Part shown: one piece after another, positions 1 through 9,854 of the stretch
How the letters are laid out: each line of letters starts with the position of its first letter
How positions within the stretch are numbered: position 1 is the stretch's first letter
Source of the DNA: Candidatus Bathyarchaeota archaeon
GTDB taxonomy: Archaea; Thermoproteota; Bathyarchaeia; TCS64
DNA: 64,000 nucleotides
Direction of reading: 5' to 3'
NCBI GenBank assembly: GCA_963820555.1
Contig: CAWGAT010000036.1
Coordinates: forward strand, 4,568 to 68,567
The notes under the pieces: model-generated
Told to the model about the DNA's origin: nothing
The model's input: the letters and a program-made list of their open reading frames with translations, nothing else
Databases searched by the model: none
Translations under genes and position numbers: made by a program

Positions 1-662
1 GCGATGGCGTACTCACCTGTTATCTTCGCCGCAGCGGCGAGGTAGAGCGCCGGATGAGCCCCGATCACCACCGCAACGTCAAGCGGCTTCCTCGCCGCCT
101 TAGCCTTCTCGAAGTAGCTCCACAGGTTCCCCCTACTGTGTAGCGTCGTCCCTATCCTCGAAGCGCCCTTCAGCTGCATCCTTGCGTAACTGAGATTCAC
201 AACCTCCGGCTTCGCTGGGTCCCTCGCGGCGACGAGCCCGCTGGTGATGTACCTCCCCGCGTCCTGCTCGTAGAACCTCAGAATTGGTAGCCTTGTCAGG
301 TCAACCTCGCCGCCCCTGAGCTTGATCTCCTTCACGGGGCCACTGGGCACGGTTACGGGTTCGACGCTCTTGGCCATGAGGGCACCCCACTCCCTGTACA
401 TGTCCGGGCGAGTAGCGACGGGGCGCATCGCCCCCTCGAGCGCAAGCTTGATCCTGTCTACGTGGCCGAAAACGTTCACGAGCACCGGCTCCCTGAACCC
501 CTCGACTCTCTCGAAGAGAAGGGCGGGGTTACCAGGGGCGTGGGCAGCCTCCTCCACCCTCCTTGTGACATCGTACTCGTGGCTCACGGGCTCCGAGATC
601 CTCAAGAGTTGGCCGGGCAGCTCATGCTCAACCTTCTCGAGGTATGTCCTGAGGTCGCGCAT
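1..662 (-). CDS. UbiD-family (de)carboxylase, N-terminal ~220 aa; gene continues past the window start
   Basis: Own translation of the minus strand from ATG at 662: MRDLRTYLEKVEHELPGQLLRISEPV...NPALLFERVEGFREPVLVNVFG...RFYEQDAGRYITSG, a typical UbiD N-terminus. Open to position 1. Absent from the ORF track because no stop lies in the window. Confidence 0.75.
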   Translation of the reverse strand, partial: MRDLRTYLEKVEHELPGQLLRISEPVSHEYDVTRRVEEAAHAPGNPALLFERVEGFREPVLVNVFGHVDRIKLALEGAMRPVATRPDMYREWGALMAKSVEPVTVPSGPVKEIKLRGGEVDLTRLPILRFYEQDAGRYITSGLVAARDPAKPEVVNLSYARMQLKGASRIGTTLHSRGNLWSYFEKAKAARKPLDVAVVIGAHPALYLAAAAKITGEYAI

Positions 663-701
663 GCATAGAGGTTGGTCGGACTCGATAAAAGGTCGTCGCG
701 G

Positions 702-2390
702 CTACCTGAAGAGGTCGGGCTGGAACTCCTTGAAGCCGTCGGGGAAGTCCCAGGGATCAACGATGAACTCTACCATCGCTGGGACGCCGCTCTCATTCTC
801 CTTCTTCGCCTTCCTTAGGACCTTCTTCACGTCCTCAGGGTCGGTGACTCGAGCTCCATAGCATCCCGAAGCCTCCGCTATCTTGACGAAGTCGGGCTGC
901 GCCTCGAAGTCGACGGCGATGTACCGCTCCCTGTTCGCCCTCTCATGGAGTTTGATCCACCCGAGGCTGTAGTTGTTGAGGACGACCCAGGTGACGGGGG
1001 CCTTATACTGGACCGCCGTGGGCATCTCCTTCATGAACATCTGGAAGGCCCCGTCCCCCGTCGTGCAGACAACCGGCCTCTCGGGGGCTGCCAGCTTCGC
1101 ACCTATACATCCGGCAACTGCGAGGCCCATGCAGGTCTGCTCCGCCGGAGCGACGCAGCCGTCGAGGGCACCAACCGCCCAGTACGGCCAGTAGTAGCTC
1201 CACAGGTCCTGGCTCCCATTCTCGTTTACCAGCACCGTCTTCGGCCCGAAGACCCGGCACGCCTCGTAGACGACCCTCTTAGTCTTGATGGGCTTTGAGG
1301 AGTCACAGCATTCAGCATAGACTTCGGCCATGTAGGCAGCCGTTGCCTCGACGATGCCCTTCACCCGGGGCATCTTAGAAAGAGGCGTCCTCTTCACCCG
1401 CCCTCTAACGTATGCGAGGAGGTCCTGTAGGAACAGCTTGGCGTCGCCGACGATCGGCACCGTGGGCTGAAAGTTTCGCCCCAGCTCGGATGAGTCGATG
1501 TCCACTTGGATCAGCGCCGCGCCCTCGGGGTAGTATTGCCACGCGGCGGTCTGGAACTCCTCATTTCTGCTTCCGAGGGAGATGATTAAGTCTGAGGACT
1601 GGTAGGCGTCACGCCCAAGCCTAGTTCGGTAGAGCCCAACCTGGCCCAAAGAGAGAGGATGGTCCTCGGGGATTACCCCCCTGCCACTCGGCGTAGTCAG
1701 CACAGGTGCCCCGAATAGCTCCGCCAGCTTCACTAGCTCCGCCGAGCAACTGCTGTATAGCGCACCACCCCCCGCGACTATTACCGGCCTCTCTGCAACG
1801 AGGAGCAGCTCTGCCGCCCTTTTCACGGCGGCGGCATCGGGTCTCGTCCTAACAAATGGTATCGAGGGGTGATATTGCATCTCCTTAGTCTTCTCCTGCC
1901 CGACGTCGAAGGGGACTTCGAGGTAGACTGGTCCCGGTTTGCCGTTGACAGCGAGGGTGAGGGAACGTCTCAAGGCCCACGAGGCACGATCCGCCCGCGG
2001 TACTCTGAAGCCCCATTTCGTTATTCCCCTGAAGACCTCCATCTGGGGCGCCTCTTGGAATGCGCCTTCCCCCTCGTGTTCGAGCGAGGCGGAGCCACCT
2101 AATGCGAGCATCGGGACACACCCGCTCCATGCCTCGAGCACACCGGGGACGAGGTTCGATACGCCGGGGCCGGGGCTGGCAAAGCAGACGCCGGGGCTTC
2201 GCTTCATCTTCCCGTATGCATAAGCCATGAACGAACCCGAGGCCTCGTGCCTTACCAACACGGGCTCGATGTCGGAGTCGTAGAGTGAGTCGTAGAGTGC
2301 GGCGGGGTGGCCGGGGAGGCCGAAGACGTGGCCTACCCCTTCCGCCTTCAAGCCGTCGACTATTATATCCCAACAGCGTTTATCGGCCAA
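702..2390 (-). CDS. Thiamine-diphosphate-dependent enzyme, acetolactate synthase large-subunit-like
   Basis: Intact 562-aa ORF. N-terminal TPP-pyrimidine domain (GVGHVFGLPG...). C-terminal TPP-binding motif TTGDGAFQM...VVLNNYSLG. Adjacent to the UbiD-like gene. Confidence 0.85.
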   Translation of the reverse strand: MADKRCWDIIVDGLKAEGVGHVFGLPGHPAALYDSLYDSDIEPVLVRHEASGSFMAYAYGKMKRSPGVCFASPGPGVSNLVPGVLEAWSGCVPMLALGGSASLEHEGEGAFQEAPQMEVFRGITKWGFRVPRADRASWALRRSLTLAVNGKPGPVYLEVPFDVGQEKTKEMQYHPSIPFVRTRPDAAAVKRAAELLLVAERPVIVAGGGALYSSCSAELVKLAELFGAPVLTTPSGRGVIPEDHPLSLGQVGLYRTRLGRDAYQSSDLIISLGSRNEEFQTAAWQYYPEGAALIQVDIDSSELGRNFQPTVPIVGDAKLFLQDLLAYVRGRVKRTPLSKMPRVKGIVEATAAYMAEVYAECCDSSKPIKTKRVVYEACRVFGPKTVLVNENGSQDLWSYYWPYWAVGALDGCVAPAEQTCMGLAVAGCIGAKLAAPERPVVCTTGDGAFQMFMKEMPTAVQYKAPVTWVVLNNYSLGWIKLHERANRERYIAVDFEAQPDFVKIAEASGCYGARVTDPEDVKKVLRKAKKENESGVPAMVEFIVDPWDFPDGFKEFQPDLFR

Positions 2391-2445
2391 AAGGGCACCT
2401 TGAGAAATATCCGTGGGGCGGATTGATAAAACCTAGGCTCAACTA

Positions 2446-2979
2446 ATGATGGTGTTTGAAAAGAGATATCACCTCAAAGTCTCATTCACCTTCGGGGATA
2501 CGAAGACGAACATCAATGTCTACGAGGACAAGTACTTCATCGTCTTGAGCCCCGACCACCCCCTGAACTGCAGGGAGGACGGCGGCCACCTGATAATGGT
2601 GAAGAAGGAGAGGGTCACCGACCGATCCGATATGACGCCCCAGGAGGCCATCGACTTCATGCGCGTATCCATGATGGTGGGCAAGGCGATGTACCAGGTT
2701 CTCGGAGTTGAGAGGGTAAACTACGAGGATCTTGCCAACTGGGGGCTGGATGACCCCGAGGGACCGAAGATGCACCTCCACTTCTTCGGCCGGGCGAGGC
2801 GGCAGATCCACCAGATCAGGGGGCAGCACATCTCACTGTTCCCTAAGGGGCACCCAATCTACGAAGGCCACCTCAAGCCGTTCACGGAGGACGAGGCCGC
2901 GATGCTCAGTGCGAAGATCGAGGAGATCTCCCACGAGAAGAAATATGTGAAGATGGCCGAGTTAGCGGGTTTGATATAG
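2446..2979 (+). CDS. HIT-like nucleotide hydrolase/transferase family protein (tentative)
   Basis: 177-aa ORF with NWGLDDPEGPKMHLHFFGR, resembling the HIT histidine-triad region. Only two His are aligned. Confidence 0.4.
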   Translation: MMVFEKRYHLKVSFTFGDTKTNINVYEDKYFIVLSPDHPLNCREDGGHLIMVKKERVTDRSDMTPQEAIDFMRVSMMVGKAMYQVLGVERVNYEDLANWGLDDPEGPKMHLHFFGRARRQIHQIRGQHISLFPKGHPIYEGHLKPFTEDEAAMLSAKIEEISHEKKYVKMAELAGLI

Positions 2980-3050
2980 AAAAGTAACTAGTGGATTAAA
3001 GGGAGTTGAGCTGTTTAGAGTTTGCCTTCGGCGCCTCTTCCTCGTCGTCA

Positions 3051-3944
3051 TCATCTCTCACCCTCGCCTCCGTAGATGAACTGAAGGTCGTCGAAGGTGA
3101 GCTTCTCACCAGCAGCCATCTTACGCTGTGCCTCCTGGCGGAGGGTCTCGACGCGGGCGTTAACCTTCGCCATCTTATCCCTCTCGACCTTCAGGTCATC
3201 GGCGCGCAGGCCATCTCTGATACCCCGCACCTGAAGGCTGATTCCGTCAAGCTCCTGCTCAACCTTCTTCACCTCCCCGAGGTACTCGACGAACTTTGCG
3301 TGCGCCTGGTTCGCCTTCTCCCTCTCCTCATCAGCCTTCCTGTGTAGGAGGAGCATCGACTCATGGTGCTTCTGGCTCTCCTCGCGGAGTGCGTTCATCT
3401 CATCGCGTACCTGGCGGATGTTCATCTCCGTGGCCTTGGCTTCGGCGGTGGCCTCCATGGTGGCCTCGGTCCTCTTCGGGGGCTTCTTGAACGTGCTCAG
3501 CCTACGCCTCAGAGAGTTGGCGCGCTCGACTAGTTCGAGCTCCCTCTCCCTGTCGAGTAGCTCCCTCGTCGGGGTCGTCATGACCTCCCACTCGACGGTG
3601 TTCAGGTCGCGCTCGACCCTCCTCTTCTTTGGGAGTTCTCTGTAGCCTTGCTGGACCTGCTGCTCGATGCCTGCCAGCTTCTTCCTCTTCTCATCCAGTT
3701 GATCGTAGAGGGGTTGGAGTCTATTCTTCACATCGGCGACTTGGGCGTTGATCTTATCCCGTTCCTCCTTGTGTTTAATCGCCTCCTCCCGTATCTTCCG
3801 GGCGGACTCGTTGATCCTGTCGCGCTCGTCGCGCCAGCGATTGACGTGCTCGAATAGTTCGCTCCGTTTTCTGCGGAGATCGGAATCCATTGTTTCAAGC
3901 TGGTCGAGCTTGAGGTCGTCGCCAGACATCAGCAAATACACCAC
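3051..3944 (-). CDS. Archaeal coiled-coil protein (COG1340-like)
   Basis: 297-aa ORF, highly charged heptad-like sequence rich in E/K/R/L. No enzymatic motifs. Confidence 0.55.
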   Translation of the reverse strand: MVYLLMSGDDLKLDQLETMDSDLRRKRSELFEHVNRWRDERDRINESARKIREEAIKHKEERDKINAQVADVKNRLQPLYDQLDEKRKKLAGIEQQVQQGYRELPKKRRVERDLNTVEWEVMTTPTRELLDRERELELVERANSLRRRLSTFKKPPKRTEATMEATAEAKATEMNIRQVRDEMNALREESQKHHESMLLLHRKADEEREKANQAHAKFVEYLGEVKKVEQELDGISLQVRGIRDGLRADDLKVERDKMAKVNARVETLRQEAQRKMAAGEKLTFDDLQFIYGGEGER

Positions 3945-4091
3945 TTAGGGGTCTCAGACCTACGCCTACTATTCACCTCGCCTCTTATTCAAAAAGGAAT
4001 CGGCCCCATATGCCGGCTGTTGCAGCAAAAGAGGTTACTTCCTCCCGTTTTTAGGGCTTAATCGGGGCTAAAATCAGTTATTTTAACAGTT

Positions 4092-4101
4092 AAGTATATA
4101 T
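4092..4101 (+). promoter_or_regulatory. TATA-box-like element upstream of the GT2 gene
   Basis: aagtatatat lies about 57 nt upstream of ATG 4158, which has a GAAGGAG Shine-Dalgarno-like sequence just upstream. This argues that the TTG at 4107 is not the real start. Confidence 0.3.
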
Positions 4102-4106
4102 GTTAA

Positions 4107-5675
4107 TTGAATCTAAAGCATTGGTTGCCTGCTTCTCAGGTTAGGAGTTTGAAGGAGATGGGTTCAACGATCGGGCTGTTGTCGTCGTTCGCTGCCCTAG
4201 CTTTCGGGCTTTTCTTCTTCGTCTACGCGGCGAAGTATTACACATCCATCCTTATTGCGGTTGGTACCCTTGGTGTGAGGAAGCAGCCGGAGGATGGTGA
4301 AAGGGATGAGGGAGCGGACGACCGGAAAGATATGCCCCTCGTCTCCATCCATCTCCCCTTCTACAACGAGGCTAACGTTGCCAAGAGGGTCATCCAGGCG
4401 TGCCTCGACCAAGACTATCCGAACATGGAGATCCTCGTGGCCGACGACTCACGGGACGAAACAGTACGGATTCTCAAAGATTCGACGTGGAGAAGACAGA
4501 GGCCCGTGGTCAAGTTCATTCATCGGAGAGATAGGAGTGGCTTCAAGGGTGGCGCCCTTACTGAGGCCCTCCGCTATATGGACCCGAGGGCAGAGTTCGT
4601 AGTCGTCTTCGACGCCGACTTCATACCATCCTCCAACATTGTAAGGCGGTTCTTAAACAGATTCAGGGAGGAGGATATCTCCACTGTGAAGACCGACTTC
4701 TTTCCGGATGTTCAGCCGCCCTCCATCCCTCGAAAACCTATCGCCGCGGTCCAAGGTTATCAGCTACACTACCTTAACAAGTCGGAGAATTGGGTCACAC
4801 GTGGTGTTCGAGCCGAATTCTCCGGGAGCTACATGATTGAGAGGGTAGCGGAGGAGAGACTCGGGGCTATGAAGATGGTCAGCGGGAGTGTTTTCATGCT
4901 CCGGGCTGATGTCCTCAGGGAGTTGAGGTGGGGGAAGAGCATAACAGAGGACTGGGAGCTGACCCTCCGTCTCTACAAGGAAGGATACAAAGTGTCCTAC
5001 ACCCCACTGATCCAGGCGCCCGCCGAGATGCCGACGACTGTGAGGTCGTTGGCGAAGCAGAGAATGCGGTGGGCTGAGGGGCACACCCACGCCGTTCGCA
5101 AGCATTTCAGAGACATGTTGGGCTCTACCAAGCTCAGCTTGGCGGAGAAGCTCGAGTTCCTTTACTTCGCCCCCTACTATCTTCAGAGCCTCATGCTCCT
5201 CGCCGGCTCAGCCTTCTGGCTGCTCGCCGAGTTCAACCACAGGTACCCATGGTTCTGGCAGCCCGCCTTCGGTTGGGCTCTTCTCATAAGCAACCTACTT
5301 GCCTCCCCACTGATGTGTCTCGCGGGGCTCTGGCTCGAGGGGGACCTACGCTCAGACTATAGTGGCGCTTTCAGCCTTATCGCCCTAACCTACATCCTCG
5401 CCCCATATCAGGGATACGCGGCGCTAAGAGGTCTACTCGAGAAGGAGGAAGGAACCTGGATCAGGACGCTGAAAACCGGGAGCGTAACGGACAGGTTCCT
5501 ACACCTTAGACTGAGGGGGCTGATGAGATGGCTTAGGATCGGAGGCGGCTTGAGCCGGTTTAAACCGAGGCTTGAGCTTCCGAGTGTCAACCTACCGGTG
5601 AGGGGGCTACTGGCCACGGCGTCGCTGACCCTCCTCATACTCCCGCCAACAGTGGCGTTAATATTGGTGATCTAG
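4107..5675 (+). CDS. Membrane family-2 glycosyltransferase, processive type (probable true start ATG 4158)
   Basis: 522-aa ORF. Motifs VADDSRDET, FDADF and QRMRWAEG (QxxRW). Multiple C-terminal TM segments. Confidence 0.85.
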   Translation: MNLKHWLPASQVRSLKEMGSTIGLLSSFAALAFGLFFFVYAAKYYTSILIAVGTLGVRKQPEDGERDEGADDRKDMPLVSIHLPFYNEANVAKRVIQACLDQDYPNMEILVADDSRDETVRILKDSTWRRQRPVVKFIHRRDRSGFKGGALTEALRYMDPRAEFVVVFDADFIPSSNIVRRFLNRFREEDISTVKTDFFPDVQPPSIPRKPIAAVQGYQLHYLNKSENWVTRGVRAEFSGSYMIERVAEERLGAMKMVSGSVFMLRADVLRELRWGKSITEDWELTLRLYKEGYKVSYTPLIQAPAEMPTTVRSLAKQRMRWAEGHTHAVRKHFRDMLGSTKLSLAEKLEFLYFAPYYLQSLMLLAGSAFWLLAEFNHRYPWFWQPAFGWALLISNLLASPLMCLAGLWLEGDLRSDYSGAFSLIALTYILAPYQGYAALRGLLEKEEGTWIRTLKTGSVTDRFLHLRLRGLMRWLRIGGGLSRFKPRLELPSVNLPVRGLLATASLTLLILPPTVALILVI

Positions 5676-6110
5676 ATGGCGAGATATTACTCGATTCAGG
5701 GTAACAACCTCTACGTCTATGCTACGATGGGGGACAGCCTCATCGATTTAAACACCATTCCTGAGGGGCTCGGGCTCTTCAGCGCCGAGGTTCCCTGGAG
5801 GTTAACCCCGTGGGTGGTTGTAACCGAGGAGGCCCCAGAGGAGGGACTGAGGGTCGCTGAGATATTGCTCAAGGCTGAGGGGTACAAGAGGTCATCCATC
5901 GACAAAAGCGCGCTAGAGGAATACTTCCTAAGCGGCGATGTTTCCATTCTCCCCCAAGCAGAGCCGACCGAGACCGAGGAGGTCGTACCCATGCACCAGT
6001 GGGCTCTCGACAACAGGCCGAGCGCTCAGGCGAAACCTCGTCTCCGCCGACCATCCAGGGGGAGAAGACTTCCAAAGCCCGCCCCTCTCCAGAGAACTAA
6101 TAGAGATTAA
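5676..6110 (+). CDS. Hypothetical protein abutting the GT2 gene
   Basis: 144-aa ORF whose ATG immediately follows the GT2 TAG (gatcTAGATGgcg). No recognisable motif. The R/P-rich tail may be off-frame. Confidence 0.35.
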   Translation: MARYYSIQGNNLYVYATMGDSLIDLNTIPEGLGLFSAEVPWRLTPWVVVTEEAPEEGLRVAEILLKAEGYKRSSIDKSALEEYFLSGDVSILPQAEPTETEEVVPMHQWALDNRPSAQAKPRLRRPSRGRRLPKPAPLQRTNRD

Positions 6111-6276
6111 ATCATTCCTAACATGGTAAAACTCCACTAGTTAAACCCATGAGACAACAATCTGAAACGCAGTGTCTTCTTTTTACAACTGAGTGGCTAG
6201 GACATTTACCATTGGAGTGAGGACCTCCATATTCTTCACTCATCGCCCTTCAGGCCAACTGCTGGAAGTAGGAGTG

Positions 6277-6908
6277 CTAGACTTCCTCTTCTTCCTCGTC
6301 GACCACAGGCTTAGGAGTCTCCTCACTGGCCTTCTTCCCGAAGCTGACAATGAGGTCTACTAGCTGCTTCTGGTCGACCTCCGCTCGGCTCCTCCAGTCG
6401 AGGTAGAGGACGCCCTTCTCGTCCTCGCCGAGGTAGCCCTGCTGGATGTAGCGGTCTATGCTCATCTTCACACGCCAACCCGGGGAGCTTCTCCTGTAGG
6501 AGCTTCTCCACGTCAGTGCGTAGTGCCTTGCCTTGCTTAGAGATTATGTAGGCAATGGAGACGGCGAGGCCCGCGATGTCGTCAACACGCCAACCGATAG
6601 TCTTGGCCGCCTTCTGGTCGATCCCGCTACGCATCGTTATGTAGATATCGGGCATCGGCAAGCTGCGTCTGGTCTGGGTCGATGATATTTGGATCGTCCA
6701 AGACCCTCGTAACCTTGAGGTCAAGGGGCTGGAGCTGCTTATCGAGCACCTCTAGCACGTTCTGCCAGTCTGGGCCGAGCTCCTGGCGGAGCTCCCAGCC
6801 ACGCACGCCGGGTAGCCTGTGGTGTTGGAAGAATAGTAGATGTACAGCGTCCTTTAGCTTCCGGGCGTAGCCGGCCTCTGATCTTACCCTTTTCGCCATA
6901 TTTTCCAC
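6277..6908 (-). CDS. ScpB-like tandem winged-helix (kite-like) protein; two frame disruptions as assembled
   Basis: ORFs 6627..6908, 6323..6724 and 6277..6471 join into one ~210-aa protein (...[24 protein letters not shown]... / ...[27 protein letters not shown]... / ...[20 protein letters not shown]...). Shifts near 6650 and 6478. Last gene of the SMC-like operon. Confidence 0.45.
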
Positions 6909-7673
6909 TCCTCGTAGTCGACCAGCGTGGGTATGCTGATCTTCGCCTGCCCCGGGTCTGGGAGGGGCTCGGGGTTGTGTATGATCTCTACCTTCTCTCC
7001 GAATCTGTCGGACTCGATGTTGGCGTAGCCGTAGCTGACTAGGAAGACCGTGAGGTAGCTGCGCTTCACCGTCTCCTCGTAGGTGTCTGCGCCTATCCAG
7101 TCCCAGTAGGCGATGCGGCCTCCCTTGCCAACGCGCTCCTCTAGCTCCCTCCAGAAGGACTCGATGATGTCCGCGAAACCCTCCTCGGGGAGGTATCCCA
7201 GCGCGCGGGCCTCATCCATCGTCGCGGTGCCAGCGTCGACTAGCTGGAGGTTGGATTCCTTCCACCTCTCTGCGAGGGGGATGAGGTCGGTCCAGTAGCC
7301 GAGGCTCCCCGCGAGGGTGCTCGCGCTGAGCTGCTCCATCTGGACCATCGGGTGCCAGCTCCTGAGGAAGCTAGTCGGCGATGGCGGAGATGTCCATGCG
7401 TTGTATCTGCTGGTTGAGGAGGAAGGGGTCCTTGTAGAGTGTCGTGCTCTGGTGCTGTATCCAGTCGTTCTGGCTCTGGAGGACGTTGCTGAGGCCCTTT
7501 ATTGCTGCTGCGTCGGTGCAGAAGTCCTGTAGGCTCGTGGTCTCGGGGTAGTATCTGCGGATGACCTCGAGCATGTAGTCGATGTCGACTGCGAATGGCT
7601 CGACGCTGCCGGCTTGGACGGCGCGGCAGAGGCTTATGACGCCCTCGAGTTCGTCTCTCTTCCTGCCGCTCAT
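6884..7673 (-). CDS. Kleisin-like (ScpA-like) protein; one frame disruption near 7371-7373
   Basis: Starts [11 protein letters not shown] (ATG 7673) inside ORF 7371..7922 and continues in ORF 6884..7348. The downstream frame is open across the TAG. The C-terminal [22 protein letters not shown] resembles the ScpA winged-helix motif. About 263 aa when merged. Confidence 0.5.
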
Positions 7674-9728
7674 TCCTCCACCAGCTTGACTGCTGCTTAT
7701 GTCCTCGGTCTTGTGGACCATGATGATGTGTACATCCTTGCCCTTGAAGGTGACCTGGCTCGGTGTGATGGCCATGTACTGGTCCTTTGTCCCCTCCATG
7801 GTGGAGACGATGAACTCGGAGACGACCTCCTTGTTCTTGGGGTCCATGTGGAGGTCGAACTCGTCCACTGCCCGGAATGGGCTGAGGACGTTCTGCTGGA
7901 GGGCGAGGAGGAAGGCCATCACGGTTGTGCTCCTCTCGCCTCCGCTGTGGGTGTAGGGGTCGAGGCGGCTGAGCTGCCCGCCCTTGAAGCTGACGAATAT
8001 CTCGAGGCCAGCCTCCTCGATGTCGCGAGGGGTTGATGAGGCGGACCTCGCCGCGTGCCTGGAGCATGCTTAGGAGGCTCTGGTAGCGGGCGTTGACCTC
8101 GTCGAGGAGGTTGTGGATGACCTCGCCCCACTTGCGGGTCCTCTCCTCTATCTCCGCCATGACCTGGCGGCGGTCCTCCTGGACCTGGGCGACCTTCTCC
8201 TGTATCTCCTTGTAGGTCTTGCTGTAGGAGTCGTACATCTCCTCAGCGTCCTCGGGGACCTCGGCGAGGCCCATGAGGATGCCAGAGGTCTTCCTGATCT
8301 CGTTGAGTACGTCGTCGCCTGTGCGCCCCGTCTCGACGCGTGGACCCTTGATCTGTGCCTCGGCCTCGGCGTCCCTGCGCTCCGTGTTGGCGCGGTCGAT
8401 CTCGGCCTTTAGCTCGTCGATGCGGCGCTTGAGGCGGCCCCGCTTGTCCTTGAGGAGGGCGAGCTGTATCCTGCCCTCGACGTGCTGGTCTGTGGCGGCG
8501 TCGATCTCTGACGCGTAGGACCTCCATGTCCTCGGTGACGCGGCTGACGGCGGCCTCGGCGTCGCTGAGCTGCCTACTAAGCTGCTTGATCCTAGACTCA
8601 GCCTCGCTCCTCTGGGTGATGAGCTCCCCGCTCCACCCCTCGAAGGTCTCCGTCTGCGTCTTCTCAAGCTCGTCTATGATGTTGAAGTAGTCGTCGAGTT
8701 TCGTGGGGCCCTTCTTGAGGCGCTCCCTGAGGGTCTGGGCGGTGAGCTCGAGCTTCTTCCTCTGCTCACCGCTGCTGCCGAGCATCTTGTTTATGCTCTG
8801 GATGCGGTCCTTAGAGGAGTTGATGCTGAACTCGCTTATGCCGAGGGCCTTCTCGGCCTCGACGCGGCGCTCTATGAACTCCATCCACTGTCCGCGAAGC
8901 TGCTTCAGCGCCTCGTCGCTGTCGACTACGGCTTTGCTGAAGCGGTTCATCTCCTCCTCTGCGGAGTAGAGGTCGGCGTCGGCCTGGTCGAGCTCCTGCT
9001 CTAGCTCCTTGACGTTTCCCTCCAGTTGGAGGACGCGGCTCCACGCCATCTCGCGCTGAAGGAAGTTCATGCGCGTCTGTAGCTGCTTCTTCTCCTGTAG
9101 GCGCTCGTTCTGCTCGCGCCAGTAGGCGAGGGTCTCGCGGGCGCGGTCTAGGAGCTGGTTGAGGCTCTGCTCCTCACTGAGTATGCCACCGAGGCGCTGC
9201 TTCGCGTCGACGACGTCTCTGCGGAAGGTGTTGAAGCCCACGGCCTCCTCGAGCATGACGAGGCGCTCCTGTGGGCTGAGGTTCGGCGAAGCGGCCCGGC
9301 ATGTTCTGGTGCATGATGATGAGCATGTTGTCGGGGTCGAAGCCGAAGCCCTGTAGGAGTTCAACGACCTCTGCCTTTGATACGGTGCGCTGGTTGAGCT
9401 CGAAGGTATATTTGCCGTCGCGGCGGATGTTGCGTGCGAGGCGGACCTCGTCGATGTTGAAGGTGGGGACTGGGCGCCTACCGTTCTCGCGTGGGCTGTT
9501 GTCGAGTATGAGGCTGACCTCTGCTTGGTCCTGCTCCCAGCGGATGAGGTCGCTTAGCTTCTTGCTCCTCTCCGTGTAGGTGTCGCCGAGGGCGACGCAT
9601 ATGGCGAGGAGGAAGCTGCTCTTCCCGGCGCCGTTGGGACCACACACGACGTTTACGCCGTCCCTGAGTGGGATGCGTGCGTACTCGTAGGACATGAAAT
9701 TCTTGATTATGACTTCCTTGATCAGCAT
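7670..9728 (-). CDS. SMC/Rad50-superfamily ATPase, short (~690 aa) and hinge-less; four frame disruptions as assembled
   Basis: Walker [12 protein letters not shown] (ORF 9174..9728). Coiled coil in 8243..9364 and the central part of 7240..8667. Signature SGGERS and Walker [10 protein letters not shown] in 7371..7922. Shifts near 9285, 8520, 8029-8032 (G4 run) and 7695. No hinge GxGGG and no CxxC zinc hook seen. Confidence 0.75.
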
Positions 9729-9854
9729 CCGCGGCGCCTCTGGACTCCTGAGTCTAACAGTCCTCTATTTTTAAACCTACCCCGCTTTTTTCCGGTGGGG
9801 TGGATGAAAGTGAAGGTAGAGGGTGCCCCTTAAACCTTTTACACGGATGGGGCC

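Noticed and set aside
322-861. 179-aa plus-strand ORF at the window start
   Set aside because: It is antisense to the UbiD-family gene, whose translation shows clear family motifs. Its composition is S/T/G-rich with no motif.
7240-8667. 475-aa ORF taken at face value as one protein
   Set aside because: Only the central ~165 aa ([12 protein letters not shown]...[12 protein letters not shown]) is the real SMC-like coiled coil. Both flanks are R/P/S-rich off-frame read-through created by indels.
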